Below are positions 63,501-64,000 of a stretch of 64,000 bases of DNA, in pieces (position 1 is the first letter of the stretch; each line of letters begins with the position of its first letter). A program made the position numbers and the translations under genes. This DNA comes from an uncultured delta proteobacterium. GTDB lineage: Bacteria > Desulfobacterota > Syntrophia > Syntrophales > Smithellaceae. Below the pieces are notes generated by a model. That model was not told where the DNA came from. It saw only the letters and a program-made list of their open reading frames with translations, and made no database searches. The stretch covers positions 31,303 through 95,302 of the forward strand of contig CAVSCG010000006.1 in NCBI GenBank assembly GCA_963726395.1. The letters are read 5' to 3'.

Positions 63501-63680
63501 ATCCATGACGTCGGGACTGGCGCCTTTAAGTGTCGTCGTGATGGTGACAATGGGGAAATCGATCTTGGGGAAAAGATCAACTCCGATGGATGGATAACTG
63601 ACGATGCCCAGCACTACCAGAGCCATGATCACCATCGTGGCAAATACGGGTCGTTTGACAGAGGTATCAGCGAGCCACAT
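60536..63680 (-). CDS. RND efflux permease (AcrB/AcrD/AcrF family); frameshift in an A7 run at 62147-62153
   Basis: RPVFA, GLLIDDAIIVIENI, GLVKKNAILLVD, RMRPILMT; deleting one A joins the two ORFs. Confidence 0.94.
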
Positions 63681-64000
63681 TGACCTTCACCCCCTCCGAC
63701 AGATTGTTCTGACCCACCACAACAACCTGCTCTTTCTCTTTGATTCCTTCCACAACTTCGACGTATTCGTCGTATTTGTTACCCGTTTTGATAATTCTTT
63801 CCTGCGCTTTATCGCCGTTGACCACAAAAATTCGAATGGAGGAACCATCATACAGAAGCGCCGTCAGAGGAACGACGACTGCCTCATGCTCCGCCCCGGT
63901 AAATATTTTGATTCGAGCAAAGTATCCCGGTTTCAATGCACGACTGGCATTAGGAACCAGGGCTTCCGCCTGCAAGGTTCGCGTTCTTTCCTCTACATTG
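63667..64000 (-). CDS. RND periplasmic adaptor subunit, C-terminal part (runs off the window end)
   Basis: LKPGYFA, VVPLTAL, VEVVEG, VVVVGQ. Confidence 0.88.
   Translation of the reverse strand, partial: NVEERTRTLQAEALVPNASRALKPGYFARIKIFTGAEHEAVVVPLTALLYDGSSIRIFVVNGDKAQERIIKTGNKYDEYVEVVEGIKEKEQVVVVGQNNLSEGVKVNVAR

Overview
GC-moderate bacterial chromosome segment. Gene content and style (many acyl-CoA enzymes, SCP2 proteins, AORs, DUF2889, a delta-type glyA-nrdR-rib-nusB operon) suggest an anaerobic fatty-acid-degrading deltaproteobacterium such as Smithella/Syntrophaceae; this assignment is an inference. Layout: (1) 1-36.6 kb, metabolic and accessory genes: methylmalonyl-CoA mutase, a CoA-transferase pair, an atypical GAPDH facing a PPDK-like dikinase that lacks the pyruvate-binding barrel, MoxR/VWA, two acyl-CoA ligases, oxidoreductases and an N-formylglutamate-amidohydrolase/C39-peptidase fusion. 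(2) 36.6-46.8 kb, core genes: yceD-rpmF-acpP-fabF-glyA-deaminase-nrdR-ribE-ribBA-ribH-nusB (no plsX/fabH/fabD/fabG or ribD), gltX, a degenerate tRNA-Gln(CUG) and tRNA-Glu(CUC). (3) 46.8-59.9 kb, a probable tRNA-anchored island: two parallel modules of Fe-alcohol dehydrogenase + SCP2 lipid carrier + aldehyde:ferredoxin oxidoreductase, MoaD/MoeB, a tyrosine-integrase remnant missing from the ORF track, and a HAD hydrolase with an FGGY-kinase/2-hydroxyacid-dehydrogenase fusion. This island is the best candidate for an undescribed system. (4) 60.1-64 kb, an RND efflux operon. At least eight genes, including gltX, carry frameshifts that look like assembly indels. All calls are from motif recognition by eye; no database searches were run.
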